The position numbers were made by a program, and so were the translations under genes. This document shows, one piece after another, positions 33,970 to 45,747 of a stretch of 64,000 bases of DNA. Each line of letters starts with the position of its first letter. The first letter of the stretch is position 1. A model generated the notes under the pieces. It saw only the letters and a program-made list of their open reading frames with translations. It did not search any database and was not told where the DNA came from. The stretch comes from Amoebophrya sp. A120 (taxonomy: Eukaryota; Protista; Dinoflagellata): assembly GCA_905178155.1 (NCBI GenBank), contig CAJINV010000002.1, positions 2,990,515-3,054,514 of the forward strand, written 5' to 3'.

Positions 33970-36900
33970 ATGTCCGTCGAAGGTTCAGTGTTTGGCGGGC
34001 GTTTCGCCTCCCAGCCGGCGCCCCGGGCTACTACTTCCCAACAACAGCCCCTGATCCTGAACCCGCCCACGCAGGTCGGCACCGCCGCCGGGCAACCAGG
34101 GGCGGGCCAGCAGTTTGTGCAGCAACCGGGGCTGACTTCCCTTTACGACCGCCAGTACATCACGTTGCACAATTTGTTGGAGCGGGAGATGCGGCAGCGG
34201 GTCGAGAGCGAGAAGATGATCCGCGACGACATGACCTCCATGCAGGAGGGCTTGGCCAGGTGTACCAACCAGATCCACGAGGTGTCCACCGACCTCCGCG
34301 GGAATCTCCCTCGCCTGTACCAGGAGTGCAAGGAGCTGAGGCAGGACTGCAAGGCGCTGACGCAGGCGTTTAACGCGCATTCCATGGAACTGGCGAAACT
34401 GAACGAGATCATCGCCGAAAACAAGTCGGAGACCCTGATGCGATTCGAAAAGAACGAGCAAAATATGCATTTGTAAATATGTCTGGGTCTAGAAGGATCA
34501 TGCGAAGATGAGCAAACTTCTCATGCGCATTCCACAACGCTGCACGCAAATCTCTCATGCATAGGCAGCAAAAGATGCCCAAGCCCATTTCCTGTCACCA
34601 AAATGGGGGATTTGTCATGCGGATTAGGCAAAAATGCGGAAGCGTCTCGAATAAATCTGTGATGCTAGGGCCGCTGCCATGACAGACCTTCTGTGTCATG
34701 CAAAATAGACAGCATGACTTGTTCCAGAGAACCCAGACATATTTGCATTTGATACAAAAAGCGGAGGAGCGATTGATGTACGACAGACAGGAGAAAACCG
34801 ACCAGTGGGCCAAACTGTGCACGAAACAGGTACTTACTTCTTATGCTGGAGATGGCTTGTTTTGTTGATCATGGTCGTTTCAATCTTCCTCTTCGTTATA
34901 GTACCGGCGAACCCCGACAAAAATTTTCAGTTACTACCTTTCTACCTCATGAGGTGAAGTTCAACTTTTTTCGAGTAAAAATGTCTGAAAGTAGCAGGCT
35001 GAAGTTTCATCTCAGCTGCTGAAATTGACATCGTATTCGTACTATGAGTATGAAATGCAAAAGCATCGTAATAGTAGAAATCGCATTACAAATTGTCTCA
35101 GCATTAGAAATGGAATTTGTAATGCGCATTTGCCTTATTAATAAAAAGATTTGTAATGCACGACTGCGATGAATAACCGTACACAAATAAAAATTTATCA
35201 GGTCGTGCAAGAGCTCGCTGACAAAGTGGGTTGCATGGACATGGAAGCGCACGCAAAGTTTCTGGAGCGGATATGACAGTGCACAACAACTCCCCCTCCC
35301 TCTCATTTGTGTTGCATGAACAGCAATACAAACGCCCACACATCATGTGGAGCCTGTGCATGACAAGTTCATGCACGTAGTGCGTACTTTTTACTGTAAG
35401 TATGGAGGCCGCTTCATCCGGAATCTGTCATGCAAACAGTACCACATGGCAGCGCTTGGATTTGGCATTTTGCATGACAAATGAGGGGGATGGAGAATTC
35501 TCCACTCTCATAGCGCAAACAGGAGTACGAGGAGGCGATCCAACAGGTGAAATCCATGGAGGAGAAGGTTAACAAATCCCTGGAAGAATTTCTTCGCGGC
35601 ATCAACAAGTGCGACTACCTCTACTCCCAGTGCAACCAGAGCAACAACGAATTTCAGAAGGCCTGTTCCGATATCCTGTGCAAAAGTATCGTACTCGTAT
35701 AAATGCAGGTCTTGCATTACAAATCTTGTTCCCAAGGCAAATCTGCATTACAAATTTTATTTCTCATACTGAGGAAATTTGTAATGCATTTATACGAGTA
35801 CGATACTTTTGCAGTTCATATCCGAAGTCACAGAACAGCACAGAAACATGATCGACGATATCGTGTTCCCGAGGATTGAGAGGTATATGATATAAATTTC
35901 TCATGCAGGGACAAGCATAGCTCGACCTTTTTGTCATGCTCTTTTACTAAAGTGCTGCTAGTTGTTCATCATTCTGTCTCTGTGTCGGCACCGTTGACCA
36001 CGTGTTTTAAAGGTAGAACAAGAATCTGTATCTGTGATAAGCAAATTGCAATACAAATTGGCCTAGCATCACAAAAGTAAATTTGTAATGCTGGTGATTT
36101 GCCTTAAGAAAGAAATTTGTAATGCATAAAATGCAAAACTCGTTCCCATCGCCATCGCTATCACGATCTGACACAGGTGCGAGGCGCTTTTGAACCAAGA
36201 GATGTGCGAGCGGGTGGACTGTCTGAAGAAGATTGCCCACGAGTTAGTCCATATGCACTGCAAAAGCATGGTACTAGTATAAATCGCATGACAAATAATT
36301 TCCTCAGGCTCAGCATGGGAACTAAAATTTGTAATGCGGGTTCAACTTAACGAAGAAATTTGTAATGCAGAAATGCGATAATTAGTACGAGTACGATACT
36401 TTTGCAATGCATAGTCCACTCCAAGGAGCAGAATGACCGGGTGAAGGACCAGGTCGAGAGGCTAGCGGTGGACTTGTCAACGAGCCAGGCCGCACGGATG
36501 GGTATGGACGCCGGATCGGCGATGATGTCCCCGGGCAATATGGGCGGGGGGAACAACATGCAGGGAACGACCAACGGGGCTTTGCTGGACAGAAGTAGTG
36601 CCAGGATCACGCAAGCGCAGGGACAGCAGGTACTAGAGTGAGCGAAGTTTTTTTACCATCACATATTAATGTTTGTAGTACGGCTAGTACGATGATCGAC
36701 GTTCCCGTTTGTTGTTCGTGTATCAGCCTTGATTTTTTGCGTGTCACGACAAAACTTTTTTCGATATATATGCATATGGTGCATCAGAACTTCATCTCTT
36801 ACTCTTTCTGTTCCATTCGGATCATTCATTTCTTCCCATTATCAAAACTCCAGTTCCTTACGCCCCGCCAATCTCCGATGTTGAGGCCATCCGTCGGCGC

Positions 36901-36982
36901 CGCTACCGCCGGCGCACAGATGGGCAGTGTCGTGATCGGAGGGAAGATTTACCCGCCGGGAACGAGAGTGGTGCAGCAGTAA
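33970..36982 (+). CDS. Coiled-coil protein of unknown function; 4 introners and 3 GT-AG introns (34830-35201, 35883-36176, 36630-36853)
   Basis: Continuous spliced frame MSVEGSVFGG...LCTKQ-VVQELADK...FPRIER-CEALL...QGQQ-FLTPRQ...VVQQ*; heptad-like charged composition. Confidence 0.8.
34464..34754. mobile_element. Introner family B
   Basis: B-type TIR; TSD CAAAA. Confidence 0.9.
35049..35170. mobile_element. Decayed family A introner inside a GT-AG intron
   Basis: Left TIR and core present, right TIR absent. Confidence 0.7.
35272..35512. mobile_element. Introner family D
   Basis: D-type TIR; TSD GCGGA/GCGCA. Confidence 0.9.
35672..35820. mobile_element. Introner family A
   Basis: A-type TIR; TSD TCCGA. 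Confidence 0.9.
36040..36140. mobile_element. Decayed family A introner core inside a GT-AG intron
   Basis: ATTGCAATACAAATTGGCCTAGCATCACAAA...TTTGTAATGC...TTTGTAATGCATAAAATGCAA with no recognisable termini. Confidence 0.7.
36252..36413. mobile_element. Introner family A
   Basis: A-type TIR; TSD GTCCA. Confidence 0.9.
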
Positions 36983-38253
36983 GTAGGCAGAGGCATGCGT
37001 TGTGTACCGATCGGTAGGGTTTGAAGAGACTGAAAGTACTTGCTCTTGCCCCGTTTTGATGCATTGATGTATACCAGTTTGCTTTTGTTCAGTAGAAGGT
37101 CAAAGTATTCTTGTTTTTCAGATCTTACGTGGTCTCTTTGCATGTTGCTGTACACCAGTTTCTGTTTTTTGTGGTTGTATGATTCGTTTTGTGTTTCAAA
37201 TTCAAATTAACCCAGTTCAAATTTCAGAAGTAACCAAGCCCAGAGGTCAGAGTCAGTTGAGATGATTTACGATTCACACAATTAAAAAATCTACCCCGAA
37301 TGATGTCAGTTGAGCATGTTGTAAATCGATAGAAGTCAACATTCTTTGAGCAAAAAATATTCAAACGCTCTCATCGAGCACAGGTGAATGAGAAAGAAAT
37401 AAGTATGTGGTTTTTCCGAAGTAGAAAGTATAGCCTTCTTCGAGCATTTTCCATCCCCTCTCTAGCATTGGCCGGAATCACGCACGCAATCAAAGCATTT
37501 TTATCGCTGTACATATGACACACACACGTGGGAAAATAGAAATTTCCATAGACCAATTGCCTCATGTCATTCAGAAAATGCTTGTAGAAGTTCTAACACG
37601 AAATAATATTTTGGTCTTTCCCCGAACCATGAGCAATGATGCCCATTAAACCCATGATCCGCACTACACATCAAGTTTGGAGCATAAGATCGCAACTACA
37701 ATGATGAGACCATGACGCGTTGGTTGTGACATCACCACATTTATGTTCACAAGCCTTTCAGTTTCATCGATCTGAATTGTCGTAAAAGCAAAATATGGTA
37801 CAGAAAAGCAAAAACTCAGAAGATCAAGATCCACTTTCACGAATTTTCATTTGATGAAAAAGATCATGCACCGGTTGAAATGTAGATGTAGATCACGACT
37901 ATGTATAAGCGTCCATAGGATAGATACAGGTTCTCAAAAATCGAGATCCACGAAAAAATGTTGCGATCATTTTCTTCATTTGCTGCTGTAGATTTCTTGT
38001 GCCACGGGGCCTAATAAGCTCCTGAATTTGAATGCTTTTCGATCGTGATGTACCATGTCCATTATTTTTCTCTCCTAAGAAACACCAGGTGGCGCTGCGA
38101 TAAGAACCGACGATAAAGGAAAATTTGCGCATAGAAATTTGCAGCTCCTGTTGCACGACTTCTGCAAAAGCCGACAAGTTGTCTAGAAAATTTCAATTTT
38201 CACATAATATAATTAGCGACATATTTATCTACCAGAAAGAAAAAACAACAACC

Positions 38254-41200
38254 ATGGAGCAGATTCTCTGCACAGTCCGCAACCCGGCGGACGGGTCGCA
38301 CATCATCCAAGCCCTCGACGTTTTGTCCACTCCGGGCAACTATGCATTGCAAATATGTCTGGGTCTGGAAAGGTGGAACTTGTGATGCTGTCTTTGGATT
38401 CTACCAAAATCTGTATTGCATGACCAGCAACAGGGCCCCAGTTTGTGATACGCGGGGGGAGCATTTCTCATGCGGGATAGGCATGATCACGAAGCCCTGT
38501 AAAAATCTGCGATGCAAGGTCATGCATTACAGGCAATCATGGGTCATGCAAAATATGCATGACAAACCTGGCAATCTTCCAGACCCAGACATATTTGCAG
38601 TTGATAGCAACTCCATCGTGCTCCAGCAGTTCGCAGAATGCCCGAAACAAGCGGCCTCGACCGCCGGCACCTTCCAGCAGATTTCCTCCACGAAAGCCTA
38701 TCAAATGCAAAAATGTCTGGGTCTTGAAGAACGCATGTCTGTCATGCTTGTCTGACATGAGTCTTAAATCTGTAATGCACGCTATCCAAGAGCCCTGTTT
38801 TTCTGTGATGCAGAAACGCAGTTTGTCATGCAGAATAGGCAACACCTAGAGTAGAAGCTCAGAAACTTGTCATGCTAAGCCAGCATTTGTGGCCTCATCA
38901 TGAGACGCCACCCAGCATCACAAGTTTCCAGACCCAGACATTTTTACATTTGATAAAGCCATCCCCTTTGCGGTTTCAAACCACGGACGCTACCTGGCCT
39001 GCACGTTGTATCCAGATAAAGCGATACTTTTGGTGTGGAAAATTTTGCCCAAGCCAGGGCAACAAGCTACCGGCAATGCAGCTGGAGCAACTACCAGTAC
39101 TACGAGCAAGAAAGTCAACACCTCCTCTACCGGCCTCTCCTCGAGACTGTCCACCCCCCACTACCGGGCGTCGTATCAACTGCAAAAATGTCTGGGTCTG
39201 AAAGAGTGCCAAACTTGTCATGCAGGTTTTCCATGACCCATGAGGTCTGGTATGTAGGACATAGCATGAAAAATTCTGTTAGAGTTCTATCATGCGTATT
39301 CTGCATGAGAAACTGCCTCTCGATTAGGTCAAAAGTGAGCAGCTTTTGGTAATCATGCAACACAGGGGTTAATCTGGATGCCAGACCGATGGACCGAATA
39401 GGGGAGGACATGGGTATAGGGCGGCTATCAGGGCTCCAGGGCGAGGAGCTCAACACCTCGCGGAAGAAGATCGCAAAGGCACATAATACACTCTCGAGGG
39501 GGCTTCTACGGAAGTCGCAGGGGAATCTTGTCACCGCAACAGACGGGCTGGTAGACAAAGATAGAAATCTAGGTGTAGGCGCAGGGGCAAGCTGGTGGTG
39601 GGAGCCGGTAGGGGACGACGGCACAGGGAGACTAACTACGGAAGCAGGGGAGGACGCTATGCCGGAGCCAGCATGGATTTCGGGCTCCTATGTTTGCTCT
39701 CCCATCGAGGACGTTCATACGGACTCCTTTGATGCGGAGTGTGTAGGGCTAATACAACAGCTAAAAGAGATAGAGCACCAAATAAAGACCAGCCCACACT
39801 TGAAGCATATGCTGCGGCATTTTTACTTTTTTCTAGACAGCAACTCCATAGTGCAGGCTTTGGAGTGCTACTGTGACAGCAGCAGTGAGATGGTCCATAG
39901 TATTATGAAGCACATGGAAATGATAGAAACTGCATGCATAGGAAGGAAACCGAACGAGGAGGAAGAAGCTTGGTTTCACTTCCGCTGGACCCCGGGGCAT
40001 TGTGGCCAACAGGCGAATGATTGCGCTGACCACTTGACGAACATCTACAAGCAGATGTGGAAAGATGGGGACCAAGACTACAGCGAGAACGCAGCGCGAC
40101 CCATTTACACTAAACTGATCACAGCGCCTATTTTGCGGCGCTTGCTGTTGCGAAGGGTGCTGGATAAAAGCGTAGCGCAGGCCGACTCGGTCTCCGCCTA
40201 CTTACGTGATCGCGCGAAGGAGCTCGGGAGCTTCCGCCCCCCGGTCGGGGTTTTTCCGAACCGGGAGGCAGAGCTGCTGCACTTCTGGATCTGGCTGGGC
40301 ATCGCACCCCAGCCACATCTCGGCTGCGATGAGATTCAATACGAAAATGGAAAAATGAAACAAAAATGCAAAAAGTGCGGGGCTTGGTCCCATTGTGGTG
40401 TGGACCATGCTCTTTTCGAATGTGAAAAAATTGAAAAACCGCGAGTGCGTCACCTGGGCTTTTCTAAATGCGCCCCGACCCTGGGGCGTGAGCTGCTCAG
40501 GTGCCCGCAGAAAATTATGCGTCTGGTCGTGGATGCGGAAGCAGAGCTAACGCATGAGTTCTTCCGTGAGAAAGTGGGGGGCTGTGTTGAAAAAATAGGA
40601 ATTTCAATGGAAAGAATTCCAAAGCAGCATGCTAAGATGGAAAATGTGTACAAGAAAGCGAATGACTTGACTAGTATGAAAGTATTCACCAAGCTAATGC
40701 CACTAAAATACCTGGGCTAAAAGATAACGACGATGCCTTGAATCAAAAACAACCAATTCTCACAGGAAATAGCACACACAAAAACCTCTGACCTTGTATA
40801 GACTGCACCTGTAAACGACAAGAACGTCAGCACTGCAAGCACGGCGACACTGAGGAAGGGCAAGGCGAATAATGAAAAATACCAGGTATATTGACTATCA
40901 GCACGGATGTGAGTTGCTTGGTAGGATATCAGATGAGATGCTAAGTGTCCTAGTAGGTATTCTAATATGAAAATGCATATCGAATCATAGTACATATTAT
41001 TTTCTAATGTAAACTCTTATAAATTCAAAAAACAACAAACCACCAGGTCCCTGCAGCGGAGCCCGCTCGTCACGTAAATCAAGGGAACCCCATTCAATGC
41101 CAGACCTCGGTGGAGCTGTGGCTCATCGCTGAGAAATTAGTTTAGAATTGTACCAAACAGCGCTTAAAGTAACCTTGTACTTAATGAGCTGCTTTTCCAC

Positions 41201-44200
41201 CTTGTCCCCTGGATACAAAAAGACAGCGACCTGGTATTTATATAATGACCGCTTCCTCAGCTTCATCGCTTTCGTGCTAATACAAAGATCGTTCGTGGTG
41301 CTGAGCAGTCGTTGATTCGTTTCGCGTAGAATTCAACTAGCCAGCAGGCTAGATGTTGTTCGCTCACATCGGTATTTTCGCGTTTGTCCTTAAAATTTTA
41401 TAAAAACACAAAAACAACTGCAGGGACAGGATGAGAAAGTGGGAGAATGAAGGAGATAGTGTAGAATGGTTTCGATGCTGGATTATAGTCGGATAAGTTC
41501 GCTTTTTGTAGGATTTTCGAAGAAAGTAATGTAGTTCTGGTCTTTTACGCACTACAGAAGCACTATGGAGCTCCTCTATAGTGCTTTAATTTTATCATCT
41601 TGCAGGAGTCACATACTAGGTGAAGGCAGTTTTAGCCACCAGCCCGGTTGATATCTGACTAATTGTATGTTACCACTGTAAAGTAGTACTATTCAATTTG
41701 TAATGCTGTTTGCGTTTAGATTATGGTTATTCAACTTGTTCTACCTTTGTTTGAATGCACATGAGGAATAAAAATAAAGTTGAGAAAGATGGACTTGATG
41801 TGCGCGCTGCTGCGTGAACTACTGTCATGGTGGCAGTTGTCATCTTCTTTGCTTCGTCGTGAACTGGTATCAGCGGCGGAGGACTGGTTAGGAAGCAAGT
41901 AGGGATTGCAACGACGGGTGAGGAGGAAAACGCGAAGACGGAAGCGGAGGAAAGACGGAATTGAGGATGAGGATGCGGGGAGCTGCTGGATTTATCAAAA
42001 AAGGTAGGGCCTAAGGCCACGGGAACGCCGAGTACACCCGCGCACTTCTTCGTGAATCGCCCCCCGCTTTTTGCGTGTTGAACAGAGGCCGAAAGCAAAA
42101 GAAAAATCAAAAGAAAAATCAAAAGAAAAATCAAAAGAAAAATCAACAGAAAAATCAAAAGGAAAATCAAAAGAAAAATCAAAAGAAAAATCAAAAGAAA
42201 ATCAAAAGAAAAATCAAGAAAAATCAAAAGAAAAATCAAGAAAAAATACGAAGCCCCTCGGCAATCGGCACGCGAGAAGTTTTGCAAAAAAAAAAAAAAA
42301 ATCATGCAGCACAGATTTTTACATGATTCAGATTTAGCATGACAAGTTGCTTTGTTCCAGACCCAGACACTTTTGCATTTGATACTTCGCTTCCCGAGAA
42401 AATTTCCTGCATGGAATTTTCCTCCTGTTCCCATTACCTGTTATGCACTGCAAGAGTATCGCACTCGTAGTAATTGCGTTTTCTGCATCACAAATCTGGT
42501 TTCCTAGGGGATTCACCATGACAAATTCCGTTTGTCATGCTGACAAAGTTTGTAATGCAAACACCACTAGGTAGTGCGATGCTTTTGCAATGCATACCTC
42601 TTCTGCGGCAGCGAGTCGGGGAAAATTTACGTGTGGCACCTGCCGACGGGGGAGCTGGTGAACTGCCTAGGGGGGAACGTCAGCGACACGGCGCATTATC
42701 AAACGGTGTGCAGTCTGAAAATTTCAGCGGACGACGCGTTGCTGGTTTCCGGGGCGAAAGACGGATCCGTGGCGGTTTGGAAAAATCTGTACGGGCAGGC
42801 GGGTGCGAGTGGGACGAATAAAAACACCGGGTTTATTAGTAACAACACGAGCGGAAATCTGTTCCGGAAGTGGACCGGACACACGCTAGCGGTGACGCAG
42901 GTAGAGAACAAAATTAGATATTCACACCACATTGAATCCGGTTACTGCATGCTTGTTGTGCATGGTCGTTGCAATAGAAACTGAGCGCTTCTATACTGTA
43001 CTGCATGAGAAACTCGTCACACATTACACGAAAAAATCAGGTTGCCTTCACAGAAGATTCCACCTCTATCATTTCCGCCTCTCTCGACCACTCCCTCCGT
43101 CTCTGCGACATCATCTCCGGAAGAGAAGTGAAATCGATCCAAACCGGGTTTGCGGTCCGCGCGTTCGCGGTCGGAAACTTGGGCCAGGTCTACGTCGGGG
43201 GGTCTTTGGGCTCGTTGAAAACGTTCGATCTATTCGGCGACCGGGTGGAAGGGGATGACTTTCTGGGACATCATCAAAGCCGGTTGAAACAAGGTAAGGA
43301 CAGTACGATGATAATGGTTCAACATCCACACAGTTTCAGTTGTCGTGTTTGTCTGTTGACACACAGCAACTATCGCGGCAACACTGGTGGTTTCTGATTT
43401 CGAAAAATTGAAGCTCAAGCTCTTGCATGACAAACTAATACCACATCGAAAAATTATAAATAGGTCTTGCCAGCACGCCCTTTGCCGTCCAGACAAGCCA
43501 GCACAACTTCTCCGACGACAAAAACGCTTTAGGAGCTCCTACTGCTGTATCCCCTCCAATCACCGAGTTGCAGCTGTCGCACGACAGATTGTTCTTACTG
43601 GTGTCGAATTCTTGTGATTTGAAGGTTTACGACACGAGAAACGGGCAGAACGTTAACACGGTCAAAAACGTAAACGCGTTGATTTCCACCGTCATCGACA
43701 CGAGTGCGATGCCTGGAGGCAGGAAAAAGCGAGGTACAAACAACTGCACATCAAGTTCTACTTCAGCATCCAACATAACTCACGACATCCACTGGCAACC
43801 GTTGCAACGTGCGGTGATGTCGAGTGCGACGAGAAATTCAAATTCTGCTTTTGGGAGACAAGCCGCGGCTTCTTTGGCACGAAAAATGGAGGAAGAGTTG
43901 CACTTGCAGAAGGACAATTTGCGGTTTTCCTGTTTTACAAAAACAACTGGGACAACGACGACGAACAAGCGGGGTCGAGACGATATTCATACCCTTTCGA
44001 CGTCAACTCTGGTGAACCTACCCAGCTCCGAATTCTCTACTACCTCAAGGCAGCGACTCGCCACCGAGATTGCGAGAAGGTTGATTTCCAAGGACGTTTT
44101 TAAGGAGAATGAAGAAACTAGTGCTGGAAATAAATCTGTAGCCGAGGAGGAAAAGAACCAGGCGCAAAAGAAAGAACAGGGGGCTCCTGCAGGTGGTAGT

Positions 44201-45064
44201 AATAAAGACAAAGCAACTTCTGCAAATCAGCAAGTACTAGCGAACAGTACGAAAGCAGCGTCGAAAGCGGCTTCTAGTGCTGATGCTTCGAGAACAAGTA
44301 TGAAGATCAGGTTCCTGCCGCCGGATTGCTTCTCTGTACTCCGTAGTATTGGCGGGGGGACAACTGCTGCTCCTTCGCGAGGACTGGCCAGTCGTGTTGG
44401 AGGTGTCACAACCTGTTCCAAGAATTATAGCGGTCTATCTCCCTCTTCTTCCCTCCGTGACGAGCTGTTAAAGTACCACAACACGCCGTCCATTCGGAAT
44501 TTGGATTTAACAGAATTAATTCCAGCGACATCTTCATCCTCCACCGCAAAAATTATAGCCTCTGCATCATCATCCTCAACAAAATCTACAGTGTCAAAAG
44601 AGTCATCCAGTCACGAAGCCGCCGAAGAGGACCGGCAGTTCGAGCTGGACTTCCTCCGACAGAAACTCATCAACACGCAGAAAACTTCCACGCGGTGGCG
44701 CAAACTCGCGAACAAATTTTACTCGGAGGTGTTGCCGAAAATGAATTACATCAAGGAAAAAGATTTGGAGGAAAAGGAGAAGCAAAAACAGCGAGAAAAG
44801 ATGCGGTCGGATACGAAACTGCCGAGTTTGATGATGTCAACTTCAACATCTGCACATCAAGTAGAACATCAGAATAAGTCTATGTCGTCGAAGAACAACA
44901 GCACCAGTATGGGGCTGAACCCGAACTGCAGTGCGTTTAGCGATCAGGAACAACAAGCGGTGGATGACGATGTGGAGATGGAAGATGAAGAGGAATATGG
45001 GAAAAGGCAAGCTGGCAATGGCAATGAAGCCGCGACGAAGAGCAAGTTGCTCGGGGGTGCTTGA
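38254..45064 (+). CDS. WDR18: WD40 protein WDR18/IPI3 (rixosome, pre-60S processing); 4 introners and 2 GT-AG introns (42901-43040, 43294-43532)
   Basis: Spliced: ...RASLPEKISCMEFSSCSHYLFCGSESGKIYVWHLPTGEL...AHYQTVCSLKISADDALLVSGAKDGSVAVW...GHTLAVTQ...ISASLDHSLRLCD; C-terminal coiled coil. Confidence 0.75.
38341..38606. mobile_element. Introner family B
   Basis: B-type TIR; TSD GCAAC. Confidence 0.9.
38699..38955. mobile_element. Introner family B
   Basis: B-type TIR; TSD AAGCC; close to 62019-62276. Confidence 0.9.
39389..40720 (+). CDS. C-terminal part of LINE ORF2: RNase H plus CCHC zinc knuckle (no RT domain retained)
   Basis: RNase H1 motifs ATDG, SFDAECVG, FLDSNS and WTPGHCGQQANDCAD; then CKKC...HALFEC. 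Confidence 0.8.
   Translation: MDRIGEDMGIGRLSGLQGEELNTSRKKIAKAHNTLSRGLLRKSQGNLVTATDGLVDKDRNLGVGAGASWWWEPVGDDGTGRLTTEAGEDAMPEPAWISGSYVCSPIEDVHTDSFDAECVGLIQQLKEIEHQIKTSPHLKHMLRHFYFFLDSNSIVQALECYCDSSSEMVHSIMKHMEMIETACIGRKPNEEEEAWFHFRWTPGHCGQQANDCADHLTNIYKQMWKDGDQDYSENAARPIYTKLITAPILRRLLLRRVLDKSVAQADSVSAYLRDRAKELGSFRPPVGVFPNREAELLHFWIWLGIAPQPHLGCDEIQYENGKMKQKCKKCGAWSHCGVDHALFECEKIEKPRVRHLGFSKCAPTLGRELLRCPQKIMRLVVDAEAELTHEFFREKVGGCVEKIGISMERIPKQHAKMENVYKKANDLTSMKVFTKLMPLKYLG
42096..42246. repeat. 12-bp tandem repeat (CAAAAGAAAAAT)n
   Basis: About 12 copies, just upstream of the LINE poly(A). Confidence 0.95.
42442..42596. mobile_element. Introner family A
   Basis: A-type TIR; TSD CCTGT/CCTCT. 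Confidence 0.9.
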
Positions 45065-45747
45065 AGGAATGATCCGGATGAAAAGGAAACCTTGTGAAGG
45101 ACACTGTCACTGACGCAGCTATGGACAGGGATGTTATTTGTAGAAGTACTACCACGCAGACGCATGGAGGTCATCGAAAATGAAATGAAAATTTTAGGAC
45201 AACTCACTTTACGCATTGCGCGACTTTTGTGTAGATGCGTTGCTGGCCTGTTTAGTGTTTTTTTTTCTCGCCTTGTGTTCTGCTTCTTCAAACTTTCGAC
45301 CTATTTGTTCGTGGCAACTGGTGCATTGGCATTGTTGGGGGAACAATCCTTTTTGTTGTTCAGTCGCTAGGAAAATCGAGGGGCAGATGAAGTTCTGGGG
45401 CTGCAGCATTTCGGATTATTGGTTTCGAGCTCGATAGTTGTACCATAAAAATTCGTGATAGATCTCCAACACTCCAACACCCATCAAGATTTCGCTCACT
45501 TCCATTCGCAATCGTTGTCGGTCTACTTGTGGCTTTCCATAGATTTAAAGTTGTTTCGAACAAAGTTGTGAAGAACTGAATTAAACGCCGCAAAGGCACA
45601 GAGCCGAAGGGAATATCATCCGAGAGAAAGTCGGACGAAAGCTTTTGAAAACAAATTTCACTCTAGTAGTTGTCGGACTTTCCACGAAGAACTAGTTCTT
45701 GGCCGCTGTAGTTGAGAATAAACATATCTCAAGTCTAGCCCAAAAAA

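Larger units (their letters stand above)
39366..42299 (+). mobile_element. 5'-truncated non-LTR retrotransposon (LINE) insertion
   Basis: 15-bp TSD AATCATGCA(A/G)CACAG (39351-39365, 42300-42314); poly(A) tail at 42286-42300; RNase H ORF. Confidence 0.85.
39174..42384. mobile_element. Introner family B carrying a nested LINE fragment
   Basis: Arms 39174-39365 and 42300-42384 align with the B copy at 6140-6407; TSD CGTCG/CTTCG; frame restored (RAS-LPEK). Confidence 0.9.
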
